The notes: generated by a model from the sequence alone, not told the origin. 64,000 bases of DNA from Saprospirales bacterium (GCA_002708985.1 PAPS01000017.1:21459-85458), one strand, 5' to 3'. Counted from the first letter of the stretch, positions 39,363 to 50,767 are shown. Numbers and translations are program-made.

Positions 39363-40064
39363 TTATTTATTTATTGATTTAAGTAGGTTTTGTGCGGCGC
39401 GCTGTTCGGCAATCTTCTTTGAACGGCCAAGGCCAGTTTCCAACCAATCGCCCCATTGTATTGTTGCCAAAAAACCAGCGCCCCTTTTATACTCGGCGGG
39501 ATCAAAACGGACGGATACCTTCTGTCCAGTCTGTTGCGCGTGTTGTAGCAGTTGACTTTTGTAGTCTGTATTTTGCGACTCAACTAAGGACCAATCAATG
39601 TGAGGAATTAAAATCTTCTGATGAACAAATTGTTTTGCTTTTGCATAGCCTCCGTCGAGATAAATCGCACCAATCCAAGCCTCTAGGGCAGAACCAGGCA
39701 CTTTGCTTTCCTCTAATTCCTCTTGGCTCAAATTTGTCACAATAAGAGGAGATACTCCGATTATGTTAGCGAGCCGGTTTAACGAAGAGGCCTTTACAAG
39801 TTCTGACTTCATTTGGGTTAAAAGCCCCTCTTCTTTTTCGGAAAACTTTCTATACAACACCTCGGCAATTATCGCATCAAGTACTGCATCACCCAAAAAC
39901 TCCAAACGTTCGTTGTTTTCTTTTCCATTTGTTGTTTGGAGAAGAGCTCTTCTGAAAAGATTAGGGTCTTTTGCAACAAACCCATTAATTAAATATATGG
40001 TGTTTTCAAAAGAGCTTTTTTCTTCAAACCACCGCATTCGAAAACTATCCCGCAAAAAGCCCAC
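39363..40064 (-). CDS. rnc: ribonuclease III
   Basis: Signature NERLEFLGDAVLD, with a C-terminal dsRBD (SKKIAEQRAAQNLL). Confidence 0.9.
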   Translation of the reverse strand: MGFLRDSFRMRWFEEKSSFENTIYLINGFVAKDPNLFRRALLQTTNGKENNERLEFLGDAVLDAIIAEVLYRKFSEKEEGLLTQMKSELVKASSLNRLANIIGVSPLIVTNLSQEELEESKVPGSALEAWIGAIYLDGGYAKAKQFVHQKILIPHIDWSLVESQNTDYKSQLLQHAQQTGQKVSVRFDPAEYKRGAGFLATIQWGDWLETGLGRSKKIAEQRAAQNLLKSINK

Positions 40065-40073
40065 GGTATTCTT

Positions 40074-41333
40074 TTATTCAAAATTTTTTAAAAGTACCGA
40101 AGCATTATGACCACCAAATCCAAACGTATTACTTAGAGCATATTTTATCTCTTTTGAACATGCCCTATCAAATACGATATTAAGTTCTTCTGGTAGGTTT
40201 GGATCAGGGTTTGCCACATTAATAGTGGGCGGAACGCTAGATTGTTGCATAGATACCATTAGGGCTAATGCCTCCAAAGCACCCGCAGCCCCAAGAAGGT
40301 GCCCCGTCATTGACTTTGTTGATGATATAAGTGTGTTGGATGCGCGGCCCGACCATATGTCTTTAATGGCGGCAAGCTCGGCAAGGTCTCCAACAGGGGT
40401 TGATGTTCCGTGAACATTAATGTAATCGACTTGCTCGGGACTAATTCCAGCCTCTTCAATGGCTAAATTCATTACCGCCTTAGCTCCTTCTCCGTCTGGA
40501 TGTGGGGCAGTGAGGTGGTAAGCGTCGGCCGACATACCTGTTCCAACAATCTCACATAAAACATTCGCACCACGTTGTTGTGCCGACTCAAGGCTTTCAA
40601 CAATCAATGCGGCACCTCCTTCGCCCATAACGAACCCATCTCTATCCTTATCATAGGGGCGAGATGCTGTCTTATAGTCATCATTTCTTCGCGACAGCGC
40701 CCTCATCGCACTAAACCCTCCAATTCCACCTCGTGTAATTGTAGCATCGCTCCCACCGCAAACCACCGCATCAACTTTACCCAATTTTATCAAATGAAAG
40801 GCATCAATAATAGCAATAGTAGATGATGCACAAGCGGCCACAGGCGAATAATTGGGACCCTTGTAACCATGACGCATGGATATATAGCCTGCGGCAATAT
40901 CGACAATCATTTTGGGAATAAAAAATGGGTTAAACCGCGCGCTTCCATCTCCTGAATAATGCGCACCAATTTCTTGTTCGAAAAAACCCAATCCTCCAAT
41001 ACCTGATGACCATATAACTGCTGTCCTATCCTTGGCAATCCCCTCAAGATTGTTAGCATCAACTATTGCTTGATCGGATGCCACAATACCGAGATGAGTA
41101 AAGCGATCCATTCGCTTAGACAACTTGGGGTCAATAAAATCTGTAGCATTGAAATCCTTGACTTCACAAGCAAATCGTGTTGGGAACTTTTCCGCATCGA
41201 AAAGCGATATTGGAGCAGCCCCCGAGGTGCCTGACAATAGATTATCGGCAAATGCGGCGTAGTCGTTTCCTATGGGTGAGACTACGCCCACCCCCGTAAC
41301 GACAACTCTCATGGAGTTTGGGTGTTGGATCAT
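40074..41333 (-). CDS. fabF: beta-ketoacyl-ACP synthase II
   Basis: Active-site VAACASS, the HGTSTP and GH..GAAG histidines, and the C-terminal [11 protein letters not shown]. Confidence 0.95.
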   Translation of the reverse strand: MIQHPNSMRVVVTGVGVVSPIGNDYAAFADNLLSGTSGAAPISLFDAEKFPTRFACEVKDFNATDFIDPKLSKRMDRFTHLGIVASDQAIVDANNLEGIAKDRTAVIWSSGIGGLGFFEQEIGAHYSGDGSARFNPFFIPKMIVDIAAGYISMRHGYKGPNYSPVAACASSTIAIIDAFHLIKLGKVDAVVCGGSDATITRGGIGGFSAMRALSRRNDDYKTASRPYDKDRDGFVMGEGGAALIVESLESAQQRGANVLCEIVGTGMSADAYHLTAPHPDGEGAKAVMNLAIEEAGISPEQVDYINVHGTSTPVGDLAELAAIKDIWSGRASNTLISSTKSMTGHLLGAAGALEALALMVSMQQSSVPPTINVANPDPNLPEELNIVFDRACSKEIKYALSNTFGFGGHNASVLLKNFE

Positions 41334-41566
41334 TTAGCGTTTGCTTCCAGATACTGGATTGCATCATTCACAGTAGCAATGCTCTCTGCCTGCTCATCTG
41401 GAATAGAGATGTTAAATTCCTTTTCAAACTCCATGATTAATTCTACTGTATCAAGGGAGTCTGCATTTAAATCTTTAGTGAAGCTCGCTTGCTCTGTAAC
41501 TTCGCTCGCATCTACACCTAGTTTTTCAACAATGATTTGAATTACTCTATCTTTAACTGCTGACAT
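41330..41566 (-). CDS. acpP: acyl carrier protein
   Basis: 78 aa with the phosphopantetheine site [16 protein letters not shown]. The stop overlaps the fabF start by 4 nt. Confidence 0.95.
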   Translation of the reverse strand: MSAVKDRVIQIIVEKLGVDASEVTEQASFTKDLNADSLDTVELIMEFEKEFNISIPDEQAESIATVNDAIQYLEANAK

Positions 41567-41638
41567 AATTTTAAATTTTGGTCAAAAATACGTGGTTTTT
41601 AGAAAAACAAAATTAATTCCTAAAAACATTTGTGGGAT

Positions 41639-42055
41639 ATGACAGAGAACGATGTTTATGGAATAAGCTCTGCTTTGCCAGACTACCAAATCGCTTTTCA
41701 CCTTAACTGCATTTGGCATTGCGAGGTGCTTCGATTAAAAGACGAGCATCCCGGGGAGCTAAACAGCATACCATACACCATATTTGGACAATTTGACTTT
41801 CAAGCACAACGCGGAATTTATTTGTTGACCAATAAGAGACATCGCCAGTTTTTACTCGACTTTGCTAAGCCTTTTGATTTTGTTTTATATTTTCAATTTC
41901 AAGATCCAACTTTGATTAAAACGTGTGTTAATCAACTAAAAACAACTGATAATATCGCAATGATTAAGGGAATTGGGGAGGTCAGTCAGTATCCTCTTCT
42001 ACAAAACATAATTGCAAAAACCAACCATGAAAACAATCCCTATAACAAAGGCTAA
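41639..42055 (+). CDS. small conserved hypothetical protein, probably IPExxxVDY family
   Basis: Its position (divergent from acpP-fabF-rnc, directly upstream of pyk) matches my recollection of this Bacteroidota family. LLDFAKPFDFVL would be a degenerate version of the name-giving motif. I prefer the ATG at 41639 to the TTG at 41630. Confidence 0.45.
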   Translation: MTENDVYGISSALPDYQIAFHLNCIWHCEVLRLKDEHPGELNSIPYTIFGQFDFQAQRGIYLLTNKRHRQFLLDFAKPFDFVLYFQFQDPTLIKTCVNQLKTTDNIAMIKGIGEVSQYPLLQNIIAKTNHENNPYNKG

Positions 42056-43454
42056 AATTGTGGCCACTTACGGCCCTTCTATTGCTGACGAGGCTATTCT
42101 TGAAGAATTAATATTATCTGGCTTAAGCGTTGTGCGCTTTAACTTTAGCCACGGGGACCGTAGCTTCCACAAAGAAGGAATGGCAACAGTCCGAAAGCTT
42201 AATCAAAAACTAGGAAGCCATGTGGCCATCTTGGGTGACCTCCAGGGACCAAAAATTAGAATCGGTGAGGTAGATGGTTCCATAGAGTTAATCACCGGAG
42301 AGCAGGTAGTCATACACCCCAACGAAGCACCCTGTACCATTCAAAACTTAACGGTAAGGTATCCAACGCTTTTGAAAGATATTCTCCCTGGTGAGCGCAT
42401 CTTAATCAATGATGGCCGTGTGGAAATACGAGCGATTGAAAAAAGAGGGGATGGTATACTTTGTGACATCATTGAGGGTGGCGTTTTAACCTCCCGAAAA
42501 GGAGTAAACTTCCCTGACTCAAAACTTTCTGTGCCAACATTAACAGAAAAAGACGAAGAAGATTTGGTCTTTGCTATGGAACAAGAAGTTAACTGGGTGG
42601 CTCTCTCCTTTGTCCGCAATGCAAATGATCTCATTGGGCTTAAAAAACGCCTTGGTGAGCTTAACTCCTTTATTAAAGTAATTGCTAAGATGGAAAAGCC
42701 CGAGGCATTACAAAATATAGAAGAAATTGTGAAGGCAAGCGACGGGGTTATGGTGGCTAGGGGAGATTTGGGAGTAGAAATTCCACAAGAACAGGTCCCC
42801 TTGGCTCAAAAAAATATTATTCAGACCTGTATTCGCCATGCCAAGCCTGTTATTGTGGCCACCCACATGATGGAATCAATGATTGAAAGTCCAGTTCCCA
42901 CACGAGCAGAAATCAATGATGTTGCTAATGCCATTTTAGACGGAGCAGATGCCGTTATGCTTAGTGGAGAGACCTCTGTTGGAAAATACCCTGTAAAAAC
43001 AGTACAAACAATGCGCGCCATCTTGGATAGCATAGAAGCACGCGGGCATATCTTTAACAAAACACGGCAGGCAAGTGCGACGTCAGAGAGCTACGAGTCT
43101 GATGCTCTCTGTAATGCGGCGTGTCATTTGGCACAACAGGTAGAAGCAAAAGCAATTATCGGAATGACCAAATCCGGATATACCGCGTTTATGATTGCTA
43201 GCACCCGCCCTGTGGCCCCTGTATACATTTTTACAGACAATCGTCCACTCTTAAACACCCTTAATCTTCTGTTTGGCGTCCATGCATTTTATTACGATGG
43301 AAACTCTGGTACGGATGAAACCATTGAAGCGGTTATTGATATCTTAATGCTCCACAACTTTGTTGCCCCCGAAGATCTGGTAGTTAACCTTGCCAGTATG
43401 CCTTTTTATATAAAGGGTCGCACCAATACGATTAAAATAACCAAGGTGCAATAA
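42027..43454 (+). CDS. pyk: pyruvate kinase
   Basis: KIVATYGPS...RFNFSHG...LGDLQGPKIR...MVARGDLGVE...ATHMMESM...TRAE..DVANA..DG.DAVMLSGETS.GKYP. I prefer the ATG at 42027 to the TTG at 42012. Confidence 0.95.
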   Translation: MKTIPITKAKIVATYGPSIADEAILEELILSGLSVVRFNFSHGDRSFHKEGMATVRKLNQKLGSHVAILGDLQGPKIRIGEVDGSIELITGEQVVIHPNEAPCTIQNLTVRYPTLLKDILPGERILINDGRVEIRAIEKRGDGILCDIIEGGVLTSRKGVNFPDSKLSVPTLTEKDEEDLVFAMEQEVNWVALSFVRNANDLIGLKKRLGELNSFIKVIAKMEKPEALQNIEEIVKASDGVMVARGDLGVEIPQEQVPLAQKNIIQTCIRHAKPVIVATHMMESMIESPVPTRAEINDVANAILDGADAVMLSGETSVGKYPVKTVQTMRAILDSIEARGHIFNKTRQASATSESYESDALCNAACHLAQQVEAKAIIGMTKSGYTAFMIASTRPVAPVYIFTDNRPLLNTLNLLFGVHAFYYDGNSGTDETIEAVIDILMLHNFVAPEDLVVNLASMPFYIKGRTNTIKITKVQ

Positions 43455-43472
43455 AACAGAAAAGTTTATCCA

Positions 43473-44534
43473 ATGAGTATTAAAAAATTAAACGTTCAGC
43501 GCCTTGCCAAAATTTGTAAGATCCCAGGAGCACCTGGGTTTGAAAAAGGAATTAGAGACCATGTTAAAGGTTTGGTGACCCCTTACTGCGATGAACTATA
43601 TGAAGATGGAATGGGAAACCTTATTGCTGTAAAAAAGGGTAGTTCCTCTGAAAAAAGAGCCATGATTGCAGCACACATGGATGAGATCGGTTTTATTGTT
43701 AAACATATAGACGATAAGGGCTTTATATTTTTTCACCCGCTTGGTGGGTTTGATCCTAAAACATTAACAGCCCAGCGTGTTATTATTCATGGAAAAGAAG
43801 ATGTAATTGGGGTTATGGGGTCTAAGCCCATCCACGTTATGTCTCCCGAAGAACGAGGCAAAGCCCCTAAACTATCTGATTTCTTTATTGATACTGGGCT
43901 TCCGAGCGAAACAGTACACAAATTAATATCAGTAGGTGATGCCATCACAAGAGAACGTGATTTAATCACCATGGGTGATTGTATAAACTGTAAGTCCATT
44001 GATAATCGCGTGTCGGTTTTTGCACTCGTTGAGGCTCTTGAAAAACTTAATGGTCAAGTTGTTCCTTACGACGTGTACGGTGTGTTTACGGTACAGGAAG
44101 AGGTCGGTCTTCGTGGAGCCATTGTTGCCGCACATCACATTAACCCTAGCTTTAGCTTTGGCCTAGACACCACCATTGCCTATGATCTGCCCGGCGCACT
44201 ACCCCACGAGTATGTAACCGCCATGGGTAAGGGGGTTGCAATAAAGGTCATGGATACCTCTGTAATCAGTGATCGACGAATGGTCGCCTTTATGAAAAGT
44301 GTCTGCAAAAAAGCTGGCCTAACCTACCAATTAGAAATTCTTACAGGAGGCGGAACAGATACGGCGGGAATGCAGCGAATGTCTAAAGACGGAACAATAG
44401 CCGGTGCCATATCTTTTCCAACAAGACATATTCACCAAGTTATAGAAATGGCCCATAGTGGTGATATTCTTGGGGGCATCGACCTTCTTGTTGAAGCACT
44501 TAAATCACTTGACACATGGGATTGGACCGCATAA
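43473..44534 (+). CDS. M42-family metallopeptidase (glutamyl aminopeptidase / FrvX-like)
   Basis: PGAPGFE, AAHMDEIGF, DNRVS, QEEVGLRGA, and a C-terminal RH.H motif (PTRHIHQVIE). Confidence 0.8.
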   Translation: MSIKKLNVQRLAKICKIPGAPGFEKGIRDHVKGLVTPYCDELYEDGMGNLIAVKKGSSSEKRAMIAAHMDEIGFIVKHIDDKGFIFFHPLGGFDPKTLTAQRVIIHGKEDVIGVMGSKPIHVMSPEERGKAPKLSDFFIDTGLPSETVHKLISVGDAITRERDLITMGDCINCKSIDNRVSVFALVEALEKLNGQVVPYDVYGVFTVQEEVGLRGAIVAAHHINPSFSFGLDTTIAYDLPGALPHEYVTAMGKGVAIKVMDTSVISDRRMVAFMKSVCKKAGLTYQLEILTGGGTDTAGMQRMSKDGTIAGAISFPTRHIHQVIEMAHSGDILGGIDLLVEALKSLDTWDWTA

Positions 44535-44782
44535 TTAACGGATGGAAAAAAGAGAACAACGCGCTTGTTCTTACAGAACGCTTCGAAGACTTTAACGAGG
44601 CATTAGCATTTATTGTGCGTGTTGGACTCCTTGCCGAACAAAGCAATCACCACCCTACTATTACAAATACATATAATGAAGTTTCTTTAATGCTTACAAC
44701 GCATGACCAAGGAAATGTAATCACAGAAAAAGACTATGATTTAGCAGAAAAAATTAATGCTATTTTAACGATTGCTAAATAA
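44516..44782 (+). CDS. pterin-4-alpha-carbinolamine dehydratase
   Basis: The F..A..F...V...AE..NHHP......YN.V...L.TH pattern is present (AEQSNHHPTITNTYNEVSLMLTTHD). The start is uncertain, and the track ORF overlaps the peptidase gene by 19 nt. Confidence 0.75.
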   Translation: MGLDRIINGWKKENNALVLTERFEDFNEALAFIVRVGLLAEQSNHHPTITNTYNEVSLMLTTHDQGNVITEKDYDLAEKINAILTIAK

Positions 44783-44788
44783 GGATAT

Positions 44789-46894
44789 GTGATGGGTCCG
44801 CTTCAAAGAACAAATAGCCTCCTTGCCATAGCCAATCCTTCCGTACAAGATTATAATGACCTGAAAAAGCTTATAAGTGAACTTAACCGAGAATATTATG
44901 TCGAATCCAAAAGTGTAATTAACGACCAGCTCTATGATGCACTTTTTAAACAACTTATAGCTTGGGAAGAACAGCTTCCGTTAAAAGAAGAACAGCTCGC
45001 TGACTCGCCGAGCCAAAAGCTTACCGAAAACCTGACTACCTCGTTTCAGAAAGTTCGGCACGATCACCCCATGCTTTCTTTATCCAATGCCTTTGACGAA
45101 TACGATCTTAAACGTTTCACTGAAGAAACGGGTGAACAGCAAACCGATTATGTGGTCGAGCCAAAATTTGATGGGGTTAGCATCGCTGTCCATTATGCAA
45201 ATGATATCTTTGTGCAGGCCGTTACAAGGGGTAATGGTGAAACAGGAGAAGATGTAACAAACAACGTGAAAACGTTGCGAAACCTACCCTTGCATCTTCC
45301 GCTAAGCCGTTTTGGTATATCTCGTGCCGAATTTAGAGGTGAAATATATATTCGTAAGGCCGAGTTTACCCAACTCAATAAATCACGATTAAAAGAGGGC
45401 TTGGATCCATTTCAAAACAGTAGAAATACCGCGTCGGGCTCCCTTCGGCTAAAAGACGCACAAACCGTTCGATCTCGACCCCTCGAGGTCGTTTTTTTTC
45501 AGTGTGTGCATTGTGACAATCAAGATCCTGCCAAAAAGCTAGACAAAGACCACAGTAAACAAATGGAAATCCTCTCCTCAATTGGACTTCCGACAACACA
45601 TCCTTATATAAAAACCAGCAACTCCGTGGAATCATTGCAAGAGGTGGTTGACAATTGGAAAAACAAAAGAGAACAGTTTCCTATTGAGATTGATGGGCTG
45701 GTTATCAAGGTAAATAATACTAGTCTGCACACCCTTATAGGGTCTACTGGCCATCACCCCAAGTGGGCAACGGCATTTAAGTTTACGGCTGCCTCTGTTG
45801 AAAGCGTCCTAGAGGCGGTGGACTTTCAGGTGGGCAGAACAGGAGTGCTTACTCCTGTAGCGAAAATTCAGCCCGCTCCGCTACACGGGGTTATTGTGCG
45901 GAATATTTCACTTCACAACCAAGATTTTATCGACCGATTAAACCTTCATATAGGGGATACCGTGCTCGTGGTGCGGGCCGGTGATGTAATCCCTTACATT
46001 AAAGATTCATGGTCGGCCAGCAAAGGCCGGGGTAGGCGAGTTGAATTTCCAGAAGATTGCCCAGCTTGTAATAGTCCAATTATTCGTGAAGAAGAATCCG
46101 CCGCCTGGCTGTGCCCTAATGCACATTGTAAAGCAAAGAAGTTAGAGCAGCTTCAATACTTCGTTTCAAAGGCCGCACTTGATATTGACGGCTTTGGCCG
46201 AGAAATCATGAAACTTTTCTATGAAAAGGGCTTTGTTAATTCCCGAGTAGACATTTTTTGCTTACACGCACGGCGAGAAGAATTGATTGTGTTAGAGGGG
46301 CTTGGTCCTAAATCCATCGACAAGTTAATCGCCGCCATTGAATCGAGCCGGAAACAAAGTCTTTGGCGCCAAATTGTCTCTCTTGGGATTCCCCTTGTCG
46401 GCCCTCAAACAGCCAAGGCTATTATTAAACATTTAAAGCTCCGTACACTTGAGGAGTTATCCTTTCTGACGCTTGACCGGCTTGTTGAAATACACGATGT
46501 GGGAGAAAAGGTTAGCCAATCAATAATAGATTTTTCTAGCGATCTAAATTCTTCTCAGGAACTAAAGGAGCTTAGTGCCTGCTTTGACAATAAAAATGCA
46601 AGCAACCCAGAGAGTGTATCTTCTGAGCTACTTGCATCCAAGCGTGTAGTTGTTACTGGAAGCTTCAATTTTGCATCACGTAACGAAATCAAAGAATTTA
46701 TCGAAATACATGGCGGAATAGTTAGTGGTAGTGTTAGCAAAAACACCAGCGTTGTTTTTGTTGGGGAAAAGGCGGGAAGCAAGGCCGACAAGGCACGCGA
46801 TTTGGGTGTTCCAATGCTTGGACCACAAGAACTATTAGCATGGGTCCAAGACAATACCATTCCTCCGATGCTTAAAAACGCGGACAGCGAATAG
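44789..46894 (+). CDS. ligA: NAD-dependent DNA ligase
   Basis: Adenylation lysine motif EPKFDGVS, an OB fold, the four-Cys zinc finger CPACNSPI...CPNAHC, HhH repeats, and a C-terminal BRCT (VVVTGSF...). Confidence 0.95.
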   Translation: MMGPLQRTNSLLAIANPSVQDYNDLKKLISELNREYYVESKSVINDQLYDALFKQLIAWEEQLPLKEEQLADSPSQKLTENLTTSFQKVRHDHPMLSLSNAFDEYDLKRFTEETGEQQTDYVVEPKFDGVSIAVHYANDIFVQAVTRGNGETGEDVTNNVKTLRNLPLHLPLSRFGISRAEFRGEIYIRKAEFTQLNKSRLKEGLDPFQNSRNTASGSLRLKDAQTVRSRPLEVVFFQCVHCDNQDPAKKLDKDHSKQMEILSSIGLPTTHPYIKTSNSVESLQEVVDNWKNKREQFPIEIDGLVIKVNNTSLHTLIGSTGHHPKWATAFKFTAASVESVLEAVDFQVGRTGVLTPVAKIQPAPLHGVIVRNISLHNQDFIDRLNLHIGDTVLVVRAGDVIPYIKDSWSASKGRGRRVEFPEDCPACNSPIIREEESAAWLCPNAHCKAKKLEQLQYFVSKAALDIDGFGREIMKLFYEKGFVNSRVDIFCLHARREELIVLEGLGPKSIDKLIAAIESSRKQSLWRQIVSLGIPLVGPQTAKAIIKHLKLRTLEELSFLTLDRLVEIHDVGEKVSQSIIDFSSDLNSSQELKELSACFDNKNASNPESVSSELLASKRVVVTGSFNFASRNEIKEFIEIHGGIVSGSVSKNTSVVFVGEKAGSKADKARDLGVPMLGPQELLAWVQDNTIPPMLKNADSE

Positions 46895-47609
46895 GGCTAA
46901 ACGCAGGACTGCATATCGCATAGGCAATGCCCACAGATAGCGAAAAATACGTATCACCTTGTTGTCGCACGTAGCCATCTAAATTGTCACCAATTATCTG
47001 TCTATAGTTTAACTCTGAGGAAAACACCCAGCTTGGGCCAAACTTTGCTTTTATGCCTATATACATAGGAAAAATAGGAGCAATTTGCCGAGTTCTTTCT
47101 GTGAGATATTCTTGTTCTAACTCCCACTTTTCTTCATTGTGCGTATTTTGGAGAACACCAACATTTGACATTGCCGCGCCTGCGCTTATTCCAAAATATG
47201 GAGTCACAGACGATTGTTTTACACAATAAAGCATTGGAAAGATATCCACCTCTAGTCCTGTGGTAAGTTCCAGAAGGGATCCCTTCATGCTTAGGTCCCT
47301 TTCGTTTCGAAAAGGGTTACGAGTATATTGATCATTGCTGTGGATTGAAAAGGCGCCAATACCATTTTTCCAAGATAAGACCTTGGCAAAATGACGCTTA
47401 TGCTCAAAGGAAAACCCCATAGTGGTCGCTTCAACATTTACATCTTTAAGAAAAACCGTTCCCAGGCCACCTCCTCCACCAAAATCACCCATAAAATTTA
47501 TAGTATGAAGTTTTACGCCGACCTCGTGTTGTGCACTAAGATTAACAGGCGCCGTTAATAGAAGGGCTACACTAATAAAGCAGGCCCAACGTTTTGTTGA
47601 GATTATCAT
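46872..47609 (-). CDS. outer-membrane beta-barrel (porin-family) hypothetical protein
   Basis: It has a signal peptide (ISVALLLTAPVNLSAQ), alternating aromatic/glycine-rich strands, and a terminal aromatic residue (F). It overlaps the ligA 3' end by 23 nt. Confidence 0.45.
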   Translation of the reverse strand: MIISTKRWACFISVALLLTAPVNLSAQHEVGVKLHTINFMGDFGGGGGLGTVFLKDVNVEATTMGFSFEHKRHFAKVLSWKNGIGAFSIHSNDQYTRNPFRNERDLSMKGSLLELTTGLEVDIFPMLYCVKQSSVTPYFGISAGAAMSNVGVLQNTHNEEKWELEQEYLTERTRQIAPIFPMYIGIKAKFGPSWVFSSELNYRQIIGDNLDGYVRQQGDTYFSLSVGIAYAICSPAFSPIRCPRF

Positions 47610-47647
47610 TTACTACACGTTTAAAAAGTCTACACATTGTACCTTTA

Positions 47648-47672
47648 TATACTAGTAAACGTCTATACTAGT
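47648..47672. repeat. direct repeat TATACTAGT x2 (16-nt period) in a divergent promoter region
   Basis: TATACTAGT occurs at 47648-47656 and again at 47664-47672. Each copy contains the palindrome ACTAGT. The site lies between the divergent starts at 47609 and 47717. Confidence 0.5.
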
Positions 47673-47716
47673 TTCATTTATAGGGCGTTGTTTTAAATTT
47701 TAACATAAACGGTGTT

Positions 47717-48703
47717 TTGAAAAACCAAACCATCCTCGACATCCGGCGCCCGATAGAAGCAGATCTAGAAAAATTCCAAGCTGTTTTTGAGTCTATTATA
47801 TCAAGCGATGCCCCTTTGCTTAATAGAGTGTTGCGCTACATGATTAAGAATAAAGGAAAGCAGCTTCGGCCAATTTTTGTATTACTCAGCGCCCAAGCTT
47901 CCCATGGCGTTGTTTCAGATAAGGCGCATATTGGAGCAGCACTTGTAGAAATTCTTCACTCTGCCACACTTATCCATGATGATGTTGTTGACCATGCAGA
48001 ACACAGGAGACACGTGTTTTCTGTACCGGCGCTTTGGAAGAGCAAGGTCTCTATATTGGTTGGTGATTATCTTCTTGGCGCAGGATTAAAGATAGCTGTA
48101 GACCATGAAGCCTATTCCATGCTAAAAGAGTTGTCGCTCGCGGTGGAAGAAATGAGCAAAGGAGAGCTAATACAACTCGAGCGCTCTCGCGTAGAGCGAT
48201 ACAACAAAGAGGTATATTTTAATGTGATTGAAAAGAAGACCGCAGCACTCTTAGCCGCGGCATGTGCAATTGGTACTCACAGTGCGGAGCATGAAGACCA
48301 TGAAAACATTCGACAAGCTCTTTATAAATATGGGCTTAATCTTGGAATGGCGTTTCAAATAAAGGACGATCTTTTTGATTTTGGAGAGGCTGAAGTAGGA
48401 AAACCGCGCGGCAATGATCTTAGGGAAGGAAAGAAAACCCTTCCTCTTATATTGGCTCATGAACTTGCCGCACCTAGCGACCGCCATTGGCTTGAAAAAC
48501 AGGCACGCTTAAGCAGAACTAAAAGTATGGCCCGAAAAAAAACCATTGAATACGTAAAGAAATCGGGGGCTATTGAAGCAAGCAAGGAAGAGATGTTGAC
48601 CTTTGCAAAAAAAGCTAAGGACGCTTTACGTCTTCTTGAGCCAAGCGATGCGTTAAATAGCCTTATTCTTCTTGCAGACTATTCTATGGAACGGGAGTTA
48701 TAA
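47717..48703 (+). CDS. polyprenyl diphosphate synthase (IspB-like, long-chain)
   Basis: First and second aspartate-rich motifs LIHDDVVD and KDDLFD, plus GK.LRP near the N-terminus. The start is TTG. Confidence 0.85.
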   Translation: MKNQTILDIRRPIEADLEKFQAVFESIISSDAPLLNRVLRYMIKNKGKQLRPIFVLLSAQASHGVVSDKAHIGAALVEILHSATLIHDDVVDHAEHRRHVFSVPALWKSKVSILVGDYLLGAGLKIAVDHEAYSMLKELSLAVEEMSKGELIQLERSRVERYNKEVYFNVIEKKTAALLAAACAIGTHSAEHEDHENIRQALYKYGLNLGMAFQIKDDLFDFGEAEVGKPRGNDLREGKKTLPLILAHELAAPSDRHWLEKQARLSRTKSMARKKTIEYVKKSGAIEASKEEMLTFAKKAKDALRLLEPSDALNSLILLADYSMEREL

Positions 48704-48704
48704 A

Positions 48705-49430
48705 TCAGCCTTTACGAAGCTCAAAGCGATCTCCCAAATAGATTTTTTTCGCCAAGGGGTTCTCGGCTAATTGTTGTGGGCTTCCCTCAGCAAACACTTT
48801 TCCCTCGTGCATTAAATACGCCCGATCGACGATATTCAGTGTCTCCTGAACATTGTGGTCCGTAATGAGCACCCCAAGACCTAAAGATTTAAGTTTGACC
48901 ACAATTCGCTGAATCGCTTCGACAGCAATCGGATCAATCCCGGCAAACGGTTCATCGAGCAAAACATATGATGGGTTGCTAGCTAGTGCTCGTGCTATCT
49001 CGGTCCTGCGTCTCTCCCCTCCCGAAAGAAGACCCCCTTTTGTCTTTCGCACCTGGAATAAATCAAACTCTTTAATCAATTCTTCACACTTTGCCTTGCG
49101 CTCCTTGCTTGATTTGACATGAAATTCCATAACTGCCATTATGTTGTCTTCTACAGATAGATGCCTATACACAGACGCTTCTTGAGGCAAGTAGGTTATA
49201 CCCATCCTAGCCCTTTTGTACATGGGCTTTGTGGTAATATCTATCGTGTTAAGTTCTACCTTTCCCTGATCGGGTTTTACCAGTCCAACAATCATATTAA
49301 AGGTGGTCGTCTTTCCCGCACCGTTGGGACCCAAAAGGCCTACAACCTCACCCTTATCTACACAAAAGCTTACCTTGTCAACAACAATTCGACGACCATA
49401 TCTTTTTACAAGTTCTTGGTTTTCAATCAT
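48705..49430 (-). CDS. lptB: LPS-export ABC transporter ATP-binding protein
   Basis: Walker [10 protein letters not shown], signature LSGGERRR, Walker B VLLDEP. Size and the LptB-like C-terminus (YLG..F) fit. Confidence 0.8.
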   Translation of the reverse strand: MIENQELVKRYGRRIVVDKVSFCVDKGEVVGLLGPNGAGKTTTFNMIVGLVKPDQGKVELNTIDITTKPMYKRARMGITYLPQEASVYRHLSVEDNIMAVMEFHVKSSKERKAKCEELIKEFDLFQVRKTKGGLLSGGERRRTEIARALASNPSYVLLDEPFAGIDPIAVEAIQRIVVKLKSLGLGVLITDHNVQETLNIVDRAYLMHEGKVFAEGSPQQLAENPLAKKIYLGDRFELRKG

Positions 49431-50763
49431 TTATAAATTTTATAGTTTCTGTGCTTTGTAGAATTTCAGTAACCAAAAAGTCCTGTTGCACATCTATTCT
49501 GTCCACATAAAATAAAACCTTGTTGTTCTCTTCGCTAGAAGTAAATATAGCATAGCTTGGTTCTCCGTAAAACGAATATATACCCCCTTCTCTATAGAGA
49601 TCACTGAATAAGATTGCTCCATCATCGTTAAACACCTCAATATTTAAGTTGTCTGATATGGTGATGGTATCACTTGGTAAGGAAAAAGTCACAAAATATA
49701 ATCCGGTGTGTACACTGAGCGAACCCTCGTAATGATTAAGCGAATCCAAGTCCCTAGAAGGTATAGAAGGCAAATAAAGGATATCCTGAACGCTCCGATT
49801 TGTGTCATTTTTGTCGTCTAAAGTTGTGTCGGCGACTAAAATTAGCGCCTGCAATGTATCAGAACTGTGTGTACCGTTTAAAGAGGCCAAAATCAGTCGC
49901 TGGCTCGAGTCAACCACCAAACTGCTTTTTACATCCTTTGTGCTAGCATACACCGTATCATGTCCCCAATCATACGTTGAAAAGGTAAATCCTTTTGCCT
50001 CCACAATAGAATCCCAGGTATACTGATCAGGTTTGGGAAATATCGTAAAAAAATCTTCAGTTAGGCTATCAATACCTACAGGTTTTCTAAGGGGTGAATG
50101 AATAATTATTTCATTGCTCCCGTCAAAAGAAAGGGATAGCTGAATGTGGCGCTCAAAAGAGTCCACCGTTCCGTTTGAGTTTGTGTCCCAATACCATTTG
50201 TACGTATAATCCCATGACGTCTGTAAATGATCTAAACGGCCCTCTAATCTATCTTTTTCAAGCAGTGAATAGATTAGGGTTGGATTGTCGCTTTGTATAG
50301 ATGCAGAAAAGGTTGTTAGATTTCGATTCGGTGGTAGTATCGTGGTAGAATACAATATCGAATTACTAGGAAGAACACCATATGTTGTAATCCAAAGCGA
50401 CTGAGGGGGGAATATATTTCCCTCATTATAATCCTTTATAGCATCCTTTACAAGCAAATTATAAGCTACCCCTCTTGTGATCTCATCTATAGAAAGAATA
50501 ACAGAACGTCCGCGCTGTTTAATAGATATAGGAGCTTCTGGAAGAATGTGTATGTTTTGTTTCTGTATTGGCTGAATGTATTCATCAAAGGCCCAGATCA
50601 ACCTCTCTCCTGCATAATTCACTATGGTGTCCTTAGGGGAAACCAGAGCAATCGGTGGTGAGGTATCCTTGGGTCCGCCTGTGGGGGCAAATGGGTTGGC
50701 ACACTGCGACAACATGAATAGAAAACAAGTCATCGCAAAAAGTCTAATCGCGCGAAAAAGCAT
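49423..50763 (-). CDS. hypothetical lipoprotein with N-terminal Ig-like (SbsA-type) domain
   Basis: A signal/lipobox (FLFMLSQC) is followed by [15 protein letters not shown], typical of Bacteroidota Ig-like lipoproteins. The rest is unassigned. It overlaps the lptB start by 8 nt. Confidence 0.45.
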   Translation of the reverse strand: MLFRAIRLFAMTCFLFMLSQCANPFAPTGGPKDTSPPIALVSPKDTIVNYAGERLIWAFDEYIQPIQKQNIHILPEAPISIKQRGRSVILSIDEITRGVAYNLLVKDAIKDYNEGNIFPPQSLWITTYGVLPSNSILYSTTILPPNRNLTTFSASIQSDNPTLIYSLLEKDRLEGRLDHLQTSWDYTYKWYWDTNSNGTVDSFERHIQLSLSFDGSNEIIIHSPLRKPVGIDSLTEDFFTIFPKPDQYTWDSIVEAKGFTFSTYDWGHDTVYASTKDVKSSLVVDSSQRLILASLNGTHSSDTLQALILVADTTLDDKNDTNRSVQDILYLPSIPSRDLDSLNHYEGSLSVHTGLYFVTFSLPSDTITISDNLNIEVFNDDGAILFSDLYREGGIYSFYGEPSYAIFTSSEENNKVLFYVDRIDVQQDFLVTEILQSTETIKFIND

Positions 50764-50767
50764 AACT

